DNA of 64,000 nucleotides from Anolis carolinensis. Lineage: Eukaryota. Shown piece after piece: positions 63,814-64,000 of this stretch; position 1 is the stretch's first letter; each line of letters opens with the position of its first letter. The notes under the pieces were generated by a model. The model saw only the letters and a program-made list of their open reading frames with translations, was not told the DNA's origin and made no database searches. The stretch spans positions 167,354,897 through 167,418,896 of the forward strand of contig NC_085845.1 of the NCBI RefSeq assembly GCF_035594765.1. The letters are read 5' to 3'. The position numbers and the translations under genes were made by a program.

Positions 63814-63816
<3 letters not shown>

Positions 63817-63894
<78 letters not shown>

Positions 63895-63897
63895 ACA
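63817..63897. repeat. Compound (CA)n(TA)n(CA)n microsatellite
   Basis: Direct reading. Confidence 0.95.
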
Positions 63898-64000
63898 ATT
63901 AATTGTATCTTCTTGTTCACTGCTTGCAACTGTTATGACTGGTATAGACTAATGTGTGATCCATACTACTTTGATATTGAAATGGAAGTCTTTATATGGA

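Overview
Vertebrate genomic DNA, AT-rich and repeat-dense. The repeat inventory (Sauria SINE, Anolis-type tRNA SINE, CR1/L2/L1, Penelope, hAT and Harbinger MITEs) points to a squamate, most likely an anole lizard (inference). The window is the conserved MGP-to-WBP11 block. It holds matrix Gla protein (4 coding exons, 13791-20362, +) and a tandem second Gla-family gene of osteocalcin type (Bgp2/OC3-like, 4 coding exons, 32274-38616, +), which the ORF track misses because its exons are short. Further along are a young 5'-truncated CR1 LINE with an intact 731-aa ORF2 remnant, a C12orf60 orthologue (-), SMCO3 (+), a CpG/ETS/YY1 promoter and the first four coding exons of WBP11 (+, runs off the window). 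No ART4 exon was recognised where mammals have it. Main hunting results: (i) the osteocalcin-like gene is an MGP/osteocalcin intermediate with Lys at the -16 position of its carboxylase-recognition propeptide; (ii) two dissimilar solo LTRs each encode an acidic peptide ending in an SLDR...R(R/W)SxR(L/I)A motif resembling nucleosome acidic-patch anchors; (iii) a fold-back duplication has a different hAT element at the same base of each arm; (iv) there is a candidate distal RUNX/TATA promoter and non-coding exon for MGP; (v) Penelope remnants carry minimal hammerhead ribozymes. All coordinates were read by eye and repeat boundaries are approximate.
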